From Guillardia theta CCMP2712 (taxonomy: Eukaryota > Protista > Cryptophyta), in contig NW_005434449.1 of assembly GCF_000315625.1 (NCBI RefSeq), positions 3,273 through 63,457 of the forward strand: DNA of 60,185 bases, in the 5' to 3' direction. The notes under the pieces were generated by a model. The model worked only from the letters and a program-made list of their open reading frames with translations. It was not told where the DNA came from and did no database searches. Each line of letters begins with the position of its first letter. The stretch's first letter is position 1. This document shows positions 40,219 through 50,383 of the stretch, piece after piece. Made by a program: the position numbers and the translations under genes.

Positions 40219-42072
40219 ATGAAGAGCATTATTCAGACCATATTTTTGCTTTTTCTTGTCGCAAAATGCGATTCGTTTCAAGTTCTTGGTCCTGGTCAAC
40301 ATTGTTCATTACGAGGCAATTCATTCCGTACATCGCACAATTATTTGGTTTCAGCGCCATGTAAAAGAGAAACGATCCAGAGCCTGAGAACCGACATTTG
40401 TACCAAATTCTTGTCTTGCACAGCTTTATCGCTGTCTACCCGCGATGAAAGTCAGCATTCAACTACATCGAACTCGATTTCATCAGGATTTGATGGAATA
40501 TTGAAGCTACCGTTCATTAAGGCTGTCATGAACTTTGCCAAGTGGCTTGTTTTTGCTCTAAGATCTGTCCTTCTTGTACGGCTCACATGGATCCTTCACG
40601 TAACTTCAAAATTCAAGAAAATGCTTTTGGATCCCCGATATAGAATGGTGACCATCCTTTCTTCATCCTGGTTTTCTGTGTTTGATGGTAATGTTTGTTT
40701 GTGAAGGGTGGTGTTGGGCATAAAGGATCAGAAACTCTGTCAGTAGAGCAGGACAAGAGTTTGTCAAGCCACAAACATTCGGAGTCAGGCCCTGTAAATC
40801 ACGAGCTACAGCAAGCTTCCTTTTGGGCACAAAGCCCTGATACAAGTGTGCATCATGCATTTGCCTCGTTTTGGAAAAAGGTGTCGACGATTGTTTATTA
40901 CGCATTTTTCAATTTGTATTCATCACATTTGCAGATGGATGACATGGAAAAATTAAACATCGAGGCAGAATTTCGGGAAATGAAGGTTGATTTCAAAACC
41001 ATTCTTTTATACAACTGAAAACGAAAAGGAAAAGAATGCGGAATTCCAAGCAAAGCAAGATGAAATGCTAGCAAGCATTAGTGGGGTGCACTTGTCTGTA
41101 AGATTTGACTTGAGTTCCGAGGATGGTTTTGAAATTTGTGTGCAGGTTCTAGATTTTGTCGAGCGTGGAGGACTCCCGCCTTCTGTCGAATCTTTGACCG
41201 CGTGGCTTGAAATTCGCGATATCGACACATCTTTATGGGGGCAGGGAGAAGCGAAGACAGTTCAAGAGTTCTTTCATGAGGTATACGATGCTTGACGCCT
41301 TTGGTCGCTCACAAAATGCTCGACAGCTGTGGGCGGGGGAATGTGAACCTTTGACAGAGTCAGCAGAAAGAGTGATATCTGTTGTTAAGGTATGGATGCC
41401 AGGGTTTTACCTCGGAATGTGAAAAATGTTTTTTTCACTCAGGTTCGAATCCTCGATCATGATGAAGCGGGAACTTGGCAGCTGTATGAGACTAAACAAA
41501 AACTATGCCGAGATGGGAGAACACGACCAAGGAATCGCCCCCTAGCAGAGAAGAGGGTACAGTGAGAGACCTCAAGATGCGTTGCAAATTCATTTTGTTC
41601 TCAGCGTCCGGAAGAGTCATCCTTCGATGCGGCAGTTCGGGGGGTGAAGGAAGAACTTGGATCATCGATAAAGAGCACCAGCAGAATTGTAGTGAAAGAG
41701 GACAGGTTTACTTAACAAGCTCATTGCTGTCGCTGTCTCTCTCATCTCGTACCTGCAGTTTACAAGAATGGACCGAAAGGAGAATGTCCAAAAGCTTTCC
41801 AGGTCTTTGCAGCTTGCGTAGTATGTTTTTGATCTGGTTTTAGGGCTGGAAACAGTCTACAAGCTGTCGCAGGTAGACGTGGAGGTGGAGGGCTTGTCGC
41901 GAGCAGCAACTGGAGACACTTTCGAGACAGAGGAAACCCCCGAGCTCTCCAATGGGAAGGTGACTGATGTCCTGAATGATCTTCTGCTCCTCAATACTTT
42001 GACAAGGTGCACACCTGGACGTGGATACCCAGCGGAACGGTTGACTGGTCTCCTGTCGCGGTGCATGAGTAG
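40219..42072 (+). CDS. Nudix-fold-like protein with bipartite (signal + transit) leader, multi-exon
   Basis: MKSIIQTIFLLFLVAKCDS-F leader followed by an S/R-rich segment. Conserved-looking blocks WLEIRDIDTSLWGQGEAKTV, RPRNRPLAEK, AAVRGVKEELG (Nudix-box-like), SKSFPGL, VHTWTW. Confidence 0.7.
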
Positions 42073-42358
42073 ACGGGGAGGGTTTGATATGAGGGCGTGT
42101 GCCCTTGTCTTACATGCGATCGCATCTTGTATTAAAAGTTTTGGTTGGAATTGCTTACTACTACTCAAATGGGAACTAAAAGAAGATGTGTACCAGGCGG
42201 GTAATAGGAAAATGCGGTGAAGAAAATCAACTGGCAGACGCTGTTGTCAAAATATCTATGAGCCTCTTTCCTCGGTATTTCTCATGAAATGGATCAAAGT
42301 TCTGCAGCAGAGGTTTTCTTGTTCACGATACACTTCCTCTGTTACAACGTGCAACATT

Positions 42359-43082
42359 TCATTGATCTTTCTTCGCTTCTTGTTCTGGACCATCAAACCT
42401 GGGCTTTGAGATGGGATTATTCTTTTTCCCAGATTCCCTTGTCAAGACAATTTCTAAAATTTCAGGAGTTTCATCCGCATTTGAGTCGTCCTGGTTCGTT
42501 ACTTGATCGTCGTCATCGGTCGAGTCTTTGATCTCCTCGAATCTCGAGGTTTTAGTCGCGTCTTCCTTCAAAGATTCCATTTGCTTTCTTCTTCTTTCCT
42601 GTACTTGTTTGTCTTTCTCGACCTCTACGAGAGCTTGTTTTAGCCCCCGCACCACCTTCAGGGTCACTTTGCTTCCTACAGGCCCTCGAATGATCTGCAC
42701 ACTCTGTGCCTCTTTCACTGGCAGACCGTCGACTTCCTGGATACAATCTCCCATCTTCATTCCCGCTTTGTCACCTGCCATATCTTCGACCACCTAAGCA
42801 CAGCATCAACAGAAAGAGGTCATCGGAAAAACAAACAACCTCAACAACAACCCATCCTATCTCCTTGTTCTCCACACGAAGGCGAAGACCGACAACACCT
42901 GCAATTTTTTGCATTTTGTTGTGCCTCTCGATTTTCTTGTACATCATATATGCAGAAAACAGCGCAAGCATAGAAGTGAATGAATTGCCCCTGACAAATT
43001 CGAAAGTATCTTTGCGAAATCCGTCATCAACATAAAGGCCAATGCACACCATCAGAACAATGGCAAAGACCCTTACGTCCAT
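42359..43082 (-). CDS. Membrane-anchored PDZ-domain protein (one short intron ~42797-42850)
   Basis: N-terminal hydrophobic segments; GVVGLRL..AGMKMGDCIQEVDG..IIRGPVGSKVTLKVVRG is a PDZ domain. Confidence 0.8.
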
Positions 43083-43597
43083 GGTAAAGCAGTGAAGTTT
43101 GGAGATTAAAAGCTGTCACAATTCAATTAGTGAGAAGTTATGCATGGAACGTGCAGTAAGACCTAAACCCTAAACCTTGAAAAAAAATCAGCTGACTGTT
43201 GATACACATGAATGACCTAAAAATCCTTAAATCCTTGGTAAGTTCCACTTGGATATCTATTATTCTTCAACTCTTTCGTTCTTCCTTCCTCCTCCGTCAA
43301 ACTAAACCCCAATCCCCCCTGGAGATGTTAATCTTTGTAATCGAGGGCAGGATCAAGGGTGCTTCATTTCGCTGCTGACGCAAGACAATAGCGTAGGTAC
43401 TAAAGTTTTACTTAAATTGGCTCTGAATTCAGACATTATTACTACACATTTTTTTAGTTGTAGTCTAGGGATTAGCCGGGGTTCAGAAGCACGGCTGCCA
43501 TATGGGCCAGCCAAGTCGGGCCGAACTGCCAGGTCACGAGATCCCTGTTAGTCGGACTAGAATAGAGCACGGTGATAACAAGCCATGCAACCTACCT

Positions 43598-43897
43598 AGC
43601 ATTCTAGAGAAGGTAGGACTCCGGGAGGCAACCGAAGGCCGCTCGGAGAGGCAACTCAGGGTCTTCTGACTGAGGCTGAGGAAGCTGAAGGGAGGCCCAT
43701 GAGTAGTTGGCGGCCGAAGGCCGAGGGGAGGAGAGGCAACTCTTCCGACCGAGAAGGCATCAAGGATGCAGAAGAAGCGGCAGGCCGCAGAGACGACAAG
43801 CGGCGATCAAGATCATCATCAAGTCGACGGCGGCATCGGGTCACAAGAGAGTCTTGTTCGGAGATCGCAAACATGATCCAAAAGATCGCAAACATGA
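43598..43897 (+). pseudogene. Degenerate, rearranged relic of the telomeric element (3' repeats followed by ORF fragments)
   Basis: Aligns by eye to the 76-nt 3' repeat (ACCGAAGGCC, GGAGAGGCAACTC, CTGACTGAGGCTGAGGAAGCTGAA) and to ORF sequence GATCAAGATCATCATCAAGTCGACGGCGGCATC. Confidence 0.85.
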
Positions 43898-43898
43898 T

Positions 43899-43938
43899 TT
43901 TAGGGTTTAGGGTTTAGGGTTTAGGGTTTAGGGTTTAG
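43899..43938 (+). repeat. Telomeric tract (TTTAGGG)5 TTTAG
   Basis: Directly visible; G-rich strand on + implies the chromosome end lies to the right. Confidence 0.97.
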
Positions 43939-44084
43939 TGCGCCGTTATTTTCGGCAGCGCCGTTATTTTCGGCAGCGCCGTTATTTTCGGCAGCATGGC
44001 TCCTCGTCAGGTGTAGGGGAAGCCGCCAGGGCGCCAAGGAAGCTGCAAGCGAGAGGTTTGTATACTTCAAATAGCTTTCTAAGT

Positions 44085-46230
44085 ATGGTTCTTCAGTATG
44101 ATGAAAATGTTCGCAACCTGCTGTATCGGAGATCATGCCAATACACGCAGAGCGGACTTGTGGATGCCTCTGTCCTCGAAGCTGATCTCGTCGAGAGGGT
44201 GAAGAGCTTCGCGAAGCGTTATCCGAACAGCAGGACAGCCCAGGCTTGCAAGGCTGTGGAGGGATGCACCCCCGACGCTATCGCAGAAGCCATCCGCTCG
44301 ACATGTCAGCAGGCACGACGTGAGCTTCTGCAAGAAGCGATGGCTGGATGGAGTGACGCATCCAGAGAGTGGTTTATGCAGCAGATTGAAGAAGCCAAGA
44401 AAGAGAAGGTCGAGACATACACCGCCTCAGCAGGCAACGAGGTGACTTCCTTCATCTCCATGACTCTCCTGGGCATCTCCTCGGTGTATGTCAACCATGA
44501 AGAAAAGCTGAAGAAGAAATTTGAAGACTCGGATCGGACTGATCGTAGACTCAGTGCAAGAGAGTAAAGCAATCATGTGGAAGGCTCCGTATAGACCCGA
44601 GATAGCGAGTGCTGAGGAGATCCCGGTGACTGTTTCCTTCCTCCGCAATGCACAAGCGGAGAAGCTCTGGCAGGGAAGAGAGGACTTCGCGATCGATGGT
44701 CGCAAGTTCACAGCTGTACATGTGAGCATCGTGCACGATCGATCTTTCAAGATTCGAGCCAAGAGAGGACCCTGGGGCAAAGGGGGCAGCTTGGCAGAGC
44801 TGACTCACCTGCTAACCTTGGGCGGCATGACAACGGCTGAGATAGCTGCCGTCTATCGCTATCAGCTGCTGCGCCAGTCCCTGGCAGCGGTACAGCTCCA
44901 GCCGCTGGCAGGCATGCTGGTCGCTGGGGCGCCAGGACAGCAAGTCCACAAAGGCTTAGGTCAGAAAGGCTTCGTCGCTGTAGGGGCCAACGTCATCTGG
45001 AGACAGAGGGAGGTGGAGTGGATCGTCTCCTCGAGCTGCCCAGAGGCGAATGATACAGCATTTCGAGCTTTCCGAGAGAGCGAAGCGATGGAGGGAGTAC
45101 ACCTGACTCTGTTCAGCGAGGACCCGAAGATCAGAGAGGCGCTCGCAGTCGAGTTGACAGCGGATCGCTTTGTGTCCAGAAATAAGTTGAAGAAGGCATC
45201 AAGACTGCAGAAGAAGGCAGGCGGCAAGGACGGCAAGGAGATCAAGATCATCATCAAGTCGACGGCGGCATCTGGTCGCTTCACGAGGAAGGAGATGGAG
45301 GGGCTGTGCAACGGCGGCAACACGTCTATCGCAAGAGTCAAGAGAGTCTTGTTGGAGATCGCTAACAGGCTCGAGATCAACGTTGAAGGCATCGACATGG
45401 AGGAGGATTTGAACACCAAGTCCTGGAACGGGTCCAAGCTATGCATCCTCCTCGGCTCCACGGAGGATGCTCGACGCATGATGAAGGAGCTGCCCTTCTA
45501 TCTCGAAGGCGCAGCAACCAAGCTCGAAGCAGTCGGCTTCGACAAGGAGCCTGAGGCGGCTGGTCAGCGGGGCACCAGCGACGCAGCGCAGCGACAGGAG
45601 GAGAGCGAGGGAGAGTGGCTGGAGTTTACAGACCTGGAGAGGATCACAATGGAGGCAGCATCTCCGTCAAGCCAAGAGGACATGCAGCTCGTCAGCGAGC
45701 TGTCAGCAGTCATCGAAGATGCAGCTTCTTTGAACGAGGCGGGGACGAGCGAGCCGATCAAGCTGGTCCTGGACAAGGCCGTTGGCAACCTCCACGACAC
45801 GTTCTACTCTCCGGGGAGCCTGGAGTTCATGTCGCTGGGAGAGTGGGCGAAGATGCCAGAGGAGCAGGGAGTTGGGCGCAACGTTCTCAAGGAGAAGCTG
45901 GGGAAGTGGCTGCAGAGCAAGCGCTGGACTCGCGTGCAAGGAGAGAGCAAGAAGGCAAGGAGGGGCAGCGCGTTCTCGCCACGGGCAACGGCAGCTGCTG
46001 AGCTTGAGCAGGAGGCGGAGAGCGACGACATAGAGCGTCGATCTCTTAGCTTCCTGTTCATAGCACTGAGTAAATTCGCAGAGATGCATGTGCTGGCCTG
46101 CTCGCTGAAGGTGGACAAGAAGGACCGACTGCGAGTGGAGATGAGGGAAGATGACGAAGAAGAGGAAGACATGGAGGAAGAGCAAGGCGAGGGCGAGGAA
46201 GAAGACGGGGCGAGCCCGTACCGAGCTTGA
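44085..46230 (+). pseudogene. Frameshifted copy of the element ORF
   Basis: Split into ORFs 43938-44567 and 44521-46230; also has a 6-nt in-frame deletion relative to the other copies. Confidence 0.85.
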
Positions 46231-46260
46231 GCTGAGCTCAAGGTAATGAGAGAAGGTGGA

Positions 46261-46468
46261 GGCGACCGAAGGCCAAGGTGAGGAGAGGCAACTCTCCTGA
46301 CTGAGGCTGAGGAAGCTGAATGGAGGAGGAGTAGGGGGCAACCGAAGGCCAAGGTGAGGAGAGGCAACTCTTCTGACTGAGGCTGAGGAAGCTGAATGGA
46401 GGTAGAGTAGGTGGTGACCGAAGGCCAAGGTGAGGAGAGGCAACTCTCCTGACTGAGGCTGAGGAAGC
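46261..46468 (+). repeat. 76-nt tandem repeat x2.7 in the element 3' UTR (present in every complete copy)
   Basis: Units start at 46261, 46337 and 46413. Confidence 0.95.
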
Positions 46469-46649
46469 CAAGAGAAGACAGCAGAAGTACAGAGTAGAAA
46501 GACGCCTCAGAAGCAGGGTTCGCATTGTAGGCCGTGTACTCCCAGTGCTCGAGCGCCTCTTTAGACTAGGATCAAATTGCATAAGCCCACAACGAGGCCG
46601 AGCAACATTCTAGCATTCTAATAAACTCACATAATAATAATAATAATAA

Positions 46650-46667
46650 TAGGGTTTAGGGTTTAGG
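46650..46667 (+). repeat. Telomeric spacer tract
   Basis: TAGGGTTTAGGGTTTAGG. Confidence 0.95.
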
Positions 46668-49334
46668 AGCAGGCCGTTATTTTCGGCAGCATGGCTCCTT
46701 GCCAGGTGTAGGGGAAGCTGCCAGGGCGCCAAGGAAGCTGCAAGCGAGAGGTTTGTATACTTCAAATAGCTTTCTAAGTATGGTTCTTCAGTATGATGAA
46801 AATGTTCGCAACCTGCTGTATCGGAGATCATGCCAATACACGCAGAGCGGACTTGTGGATGCCTCTGTCCTCGAAGCTGATCTCGTCGAGAGGGTGAAGA
46901 GCTTCGCGAAGCGTTATCCGAACAGCAGGACAGCCCAGGCTTGCAAGGCTGTGGAGGGATGCACCCCCGACGCTATCGCAGAAGCCATCCGCTCGACATG
47001 TCAGCAGGCACGACGTGAGCTTCTGCAAGAAGCGATGGCTGGATGGAGTGACGCATCCAGAGAGTGGTTTATGCAGCAGATTGAAGAAGCCAAGAAGGAG
47101 AAGGTCGAGACATACACCGCCTCAGCAGGCAACGAGGTGACTTCCTTCATCTCCATGACTCTCCTGGGCATCTCCTCGGTGTATGTCAACCATGAAGAAA
47201 AGCTGAAGAAGAAATTTGAAGAGATCGGACTGATCGTAGACTCAGTGCAAGAGAGTAAAGCAATCATGTGGAAGGCTCCGTATAGACCCGAGATAGCGAG
47301 TGCTGAGGAGATCCCGGTGACTGTTTCCTTCCTCCGCAATGCACAAGCGGAGAAGCTCTGGCAGGGAAGAGAGGACTTCGCGATCGATGGTCGCAAGTTC
47401 ACAGCTGTACATGTGAGCATCGTGCACGATCGATCTTTCAAGATTCGAGCCAAGAGAGGACCCTGGGGCAAAGGGGGCAGCTTGGCAGAGCTGACTCACC
47501 TGCTAACCTTGGGCGGCATGACAACGGCTGAGATAGCTGCCGTCTATCGCTATCAGCTGCTGCGCCAGTCCCTTGCAGCGGTCCAACTCCAGCCGCTGGC
47601 AGGCATGCTGGTCGCTGGGGCGCCAGGACAGCAAGTCCACAAAGGCTTAGGTCAGAAAGGCTTCATCGCTGTAGGGGCCAACGTCATCTGGAGACAGAGG
47701 GAGGTGGAGTGGATCGTCTCCTCGAGCTGCCCAGAGGCGAATGATACAGCATTTCGAGCTTTCCGAGAGAGCGAAGCGATGGAGGGAGTACACCTGACTC
47801 TGTTCAGCGAGGACCCGAAGATCAGAGAGGCGCTCGCAGTCGAGTTGACAGCTGATCGCTTTGTGTCCAGAAATAAGTTGAAGAAGGCATCAAGGATGCA
47901 GAAGAAGGCAGGCGGCAAGGACGGCAAGGAGATCAAGATCATCATCAAGTCGACGGCGGCATCTGGTCGCTTCACGAGGAAGGAGATGGAGGGGCTGTGC
48001 AACGGCGGCAACACGTCCATCGCAAGAGTCAAGAGAGTCTTGTTGGAGATCGCTAACAGGCTCGAGATCAACGTTGAAGGCATCGACATGGAGGAGGATT
48101 TGAACACCAAGTCCTGGAACGGGTCCAAGCTATGCATCCTCCTCGGCTCCACGGAGGATGCTCGACGCATGATGAAGGAGCTGCCCTTCTATCTCGAAGG
48201 CGCAGCAACCAAGCTCGAAGCAGTCGGCTTCGACAAGGAGCCTGACTCTGAGGCGGCTGGTCAGCGGGGCACCAGCGACGCAGCGCAGCGACAGGAGGAG
48301 AGCGAGGGAGAGTGGCTGGAGTTTACAGACCTGGAGAGGATCACCATGGAGGCAGCATCTCCGTCAAGCCAAGAGGACATGCAGCTCGTCAGCGAGCTGT
48401 CAGCAGTCATCGAAGATGCAGCTTCTTTGAACGAGGCGGGGACGAGCGAGCCGATCAAGCTGGTCCTGGACAAGGCCGTTGGCAACCTCCACGACACGTT
48501 CTACTCTCCGGGGAGCCTGGAGTTCATGTCGCTGGGAGAGTGGGCGAAGATGCCAGAGGAGCAGGGAGTTGGGCGCAACGTTCTCAAGGAGAAGCTGGGG
48601 AAGTGGCTGCAGAGCAAGCGCTGGACTCGCGTGCAAGGAGAGAGCAAGAAGGCAAGGAGGGGCAGCGCGTTCTCGCCACGGGCAACGGCAGCTGCTGAGC
48701 TTGAGCAGGAGGCGGAGAGCGACGACATAGAGCGTCGATCTCTTAGCCTCCTGTTCATAGCACTGAGTAAATTCGCAGAGATGCATGTGCTGGCCTGCTC
48801 GCTGAAGGTGGACAAGAAGGACCGACTGCGAGTGGAGATGAGGGAAGATGACGAAGAAGAGGAAGACATGGAGGAAGAGCAAGGCGAGGGCGAGGAAGAA
48901 GACGGGGCGAGCCCGTACCGAGCTTGAGCTGAGCCCAAGGTAAGGAGAGAAGGTAGGAGGCGACCGAAGGCCAAGGTGAGGAGAGGCAACTCTCCTGACT
49001 GAGGCTGAGGAAGCTGAATGGAGGAGGAGTAGGTGGCGACCGAAGGCCAAGGTGAGGAGAGGCAACTCTTCTGACTGAGGCTGAGGAAGCTGAATGGAGG
49101 TAGAGTAGGTGGTGACCGAAGGCCAAGGTGAGGAGAGGCAACTCTCCTGACTGAGGCTGAGGAAGCCAAGAGAAGACAGCAGAAGTAGAGAGTAGAAAGA
49201 CGCCTCAGAAGCAGGGTTCGCATTGTAGGCCGTGTACTCCCAGTGCTCGAGCGCCTCTTTAGACTAGGATCAAATTGCATAAGCCCACAACGAGGCCGAG
49301 CAACATTCTAGCATTCTAATAAACTCACATAATA
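46668..49334 (+). mobile_element. Telomere-associated element, copy 2 (intact)
   Basis: Same organisation; short (TAA)2 tail. Confidence 0.88.
46780..48927 (+). CDS. 715-aa element protein, ORF1/Gag-like with RRM-like segments and acidic tail
   Basis: Uninterrupted ORF from the first in-frame ATG; near-identical in all copies. Confidence 0.8.
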   Translation: MVLQYDENVRNLLYRRSCQYTQSGLVDASVLEADLVERVKSFAKRYPNSRTAQACKAVEGCTPDAIAEAIRSTCQQARRELLQEAMAGWSDASREWFMQQIEEAKKEKVETYTASAGNEVTSFISMTLLGISSVYVNHEEKLKKKFEEIGLIVDSVQESKAIMWKAPYRPEIASAEEIPVTVSFLRNAQAEKLWQGREDFAIDGRKFTAVHVSIVHDRSFKIRAKRGPWGKGGSLAELTHLLTLGGMTTAEIAAVYRYQLLRQSLAAVQLQPLAGMLVAGAPGQQVHKGLGQKGFIAVGANVIWRQREVEWIVSSSCPEANDTAFRAFRESEAMEGVHLTLFSEDPKIREALAVELTADRFVSRNKLKKASRMQKKAGGKDGKEIKIIIKSTAASGRFTRKEMEGLCNGGNTSIARVKRVLLEIANRLEINVEGIDMEEDLNTKSWNGSKLCILLGSTEDARRMMKELPFYLEGAATKLEAVGFDKEPDSEAAGQRGTSDAAQRQEESEGEWLEFTDLERITMEAASPSSQEDMQLVSELSAVIEDAASLNEAGTSEPIKLVLDKAVGNLHDTFYSPGSLEFMSLGEWAKMPEEQGVGRNVLKEKLGKWLQSKRWTRVQGESKKARRGSAFSPRATAAAELEQEAESDDIERRSLSLLFIALSKFAEMHVLACSLKVDKKDRLRVEMREDDEEEEDMEEEQGEGEEEDGASPYRA

Positions 49335-49349
49335 AGGTTTAGGGTTTAG
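49335..49349 (+). repeat. Telomeric spacer tract
   Basis: AGGTTTAGGGTTTAG. Confidence 0.9.
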
Positions 49350-50249
49350 AGCGCCGGTTATTTCAGGCACCATGGCAGCGCCGGTTATTTCAGGCACCAT
49401 GGCAGCGCCGGTTATTTCAGGCACCATGGCTGCACGCGTGGTGTAGGGGAAGCTGCCAGGGCGCCAAGGAAGCTGCAAGCGAAAGGTTTGTATACTTCAA
49501 ATAGCTTTCTAAGTATGGTTCTTCAGTATGATGAAAATGTTCGCAACCTGCTGTTTCGGAGATCATGCCAATACACGCAGCGCGGACTTGTGGATGCCTC
49601 TGTCCTCGAAGCTGATCTTGTCGAGAGGGTGAAGAGCTTCGCGAAGCGTTATCCGAACAGCAGGACAGCTCAGGCTTGCAAGGCTGTGGAGGGATGCACC
49701 CCCGACGCTATCGCAGAAGCCATCCGCTCGACATGTCAGCAGGCACGACGTGAGCTTCTACAAGAAGCGATGACTGGATGGAGTGACGCATCCAGAGAGT
49801 GGTTTATGCAGCAGATTGAAGAAGCCAAGAAGGAGAAGGTCGAGACATACACCGCCTCAGCAGGCAACGAGGTGACTTCCTTCATCTCCATGACTCTCCT
49901 GGGCATCTCCTCGGTGTATGTCAACCAAGAGGAGAACCTGAAGAAGAAATTCGAAGAGATCGGACTGATCGTAGACTCAGTGCAAGAGAGTAAAGCAATC
50001 ATGTGGAAGGCTCCGTATAGACCCGAGATAGCGAGTGCTGAGGAGATCCCGGTGACTGTTTCCTTCCTCCGCAATGCACAAGCGGAGAAGCTCTGGCAGC
50101 GAAGAGAGGACTTCGCGATCGATGGTCGCAAGTTCACAGCTGTACATGTGAGCATCGTGCACGATCGATCTTTCAAGATTCGAGCCAAGAGAGGACCCTG
50201 GGGCAAAGGGGGCAAACTTGGCAGAGCTGACCCACCTGCTACCATTGGC
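49350..50249 (+). mobile_element. Telomere-associated element, copy 3 (partial, ends at assembly gap)
   Basis: 3x 27-nt 5' repeats and the 5' part of the ORF. Confidence 0.85.
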
Positions 50250-50349
50250 NNNNNNNNNNNNNNNNNNNNNNNNNNNNNNNNNNNNNNNNNNNNNNNNNNN
50301 NNNNNNNNNNNNNNNNNNNNNNNNNNNNNNNNNNNNNNNNNNNNNNNNN
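50250..50349. other. Assembly gap (100 N)
   Basis: Run of N. Confidence 1.
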
Positions 50350-50383
50350 ATCGTTTTGCTTGCAAATGTCAGATCCTAAAATA

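Larger units (their letters stand above)
43939..46649 (+). mobile_element. Telomere-associated element, copy 1 (ORF frameshifted)
   Basis: 3x 18-nt 5' repeats, ORF broken by a 4-nt CTCG insertion near 44528, 3x 76-nt repeats, (TAA)6 tail. Confidence 0.85.

Noticed and set aside
46515-46530. Pol III B-box or tRNA-derived SINE head (GGTTCGCATT)
   Set aside because: It does not match GTTCRANNC, there is no A-box or cloverleaf, and it lies at the 3' end.
48501-49280. Conserved 259-aa antisense ORF in each element
   Set aside because: It is a low-complexity S/L/P shadow of the purine-rich strand. The start codon is ATG in some copies but GTG or TTG in copies 4 and 6, and it is broken in copy 1. 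Recurrence just reflects copy identity.
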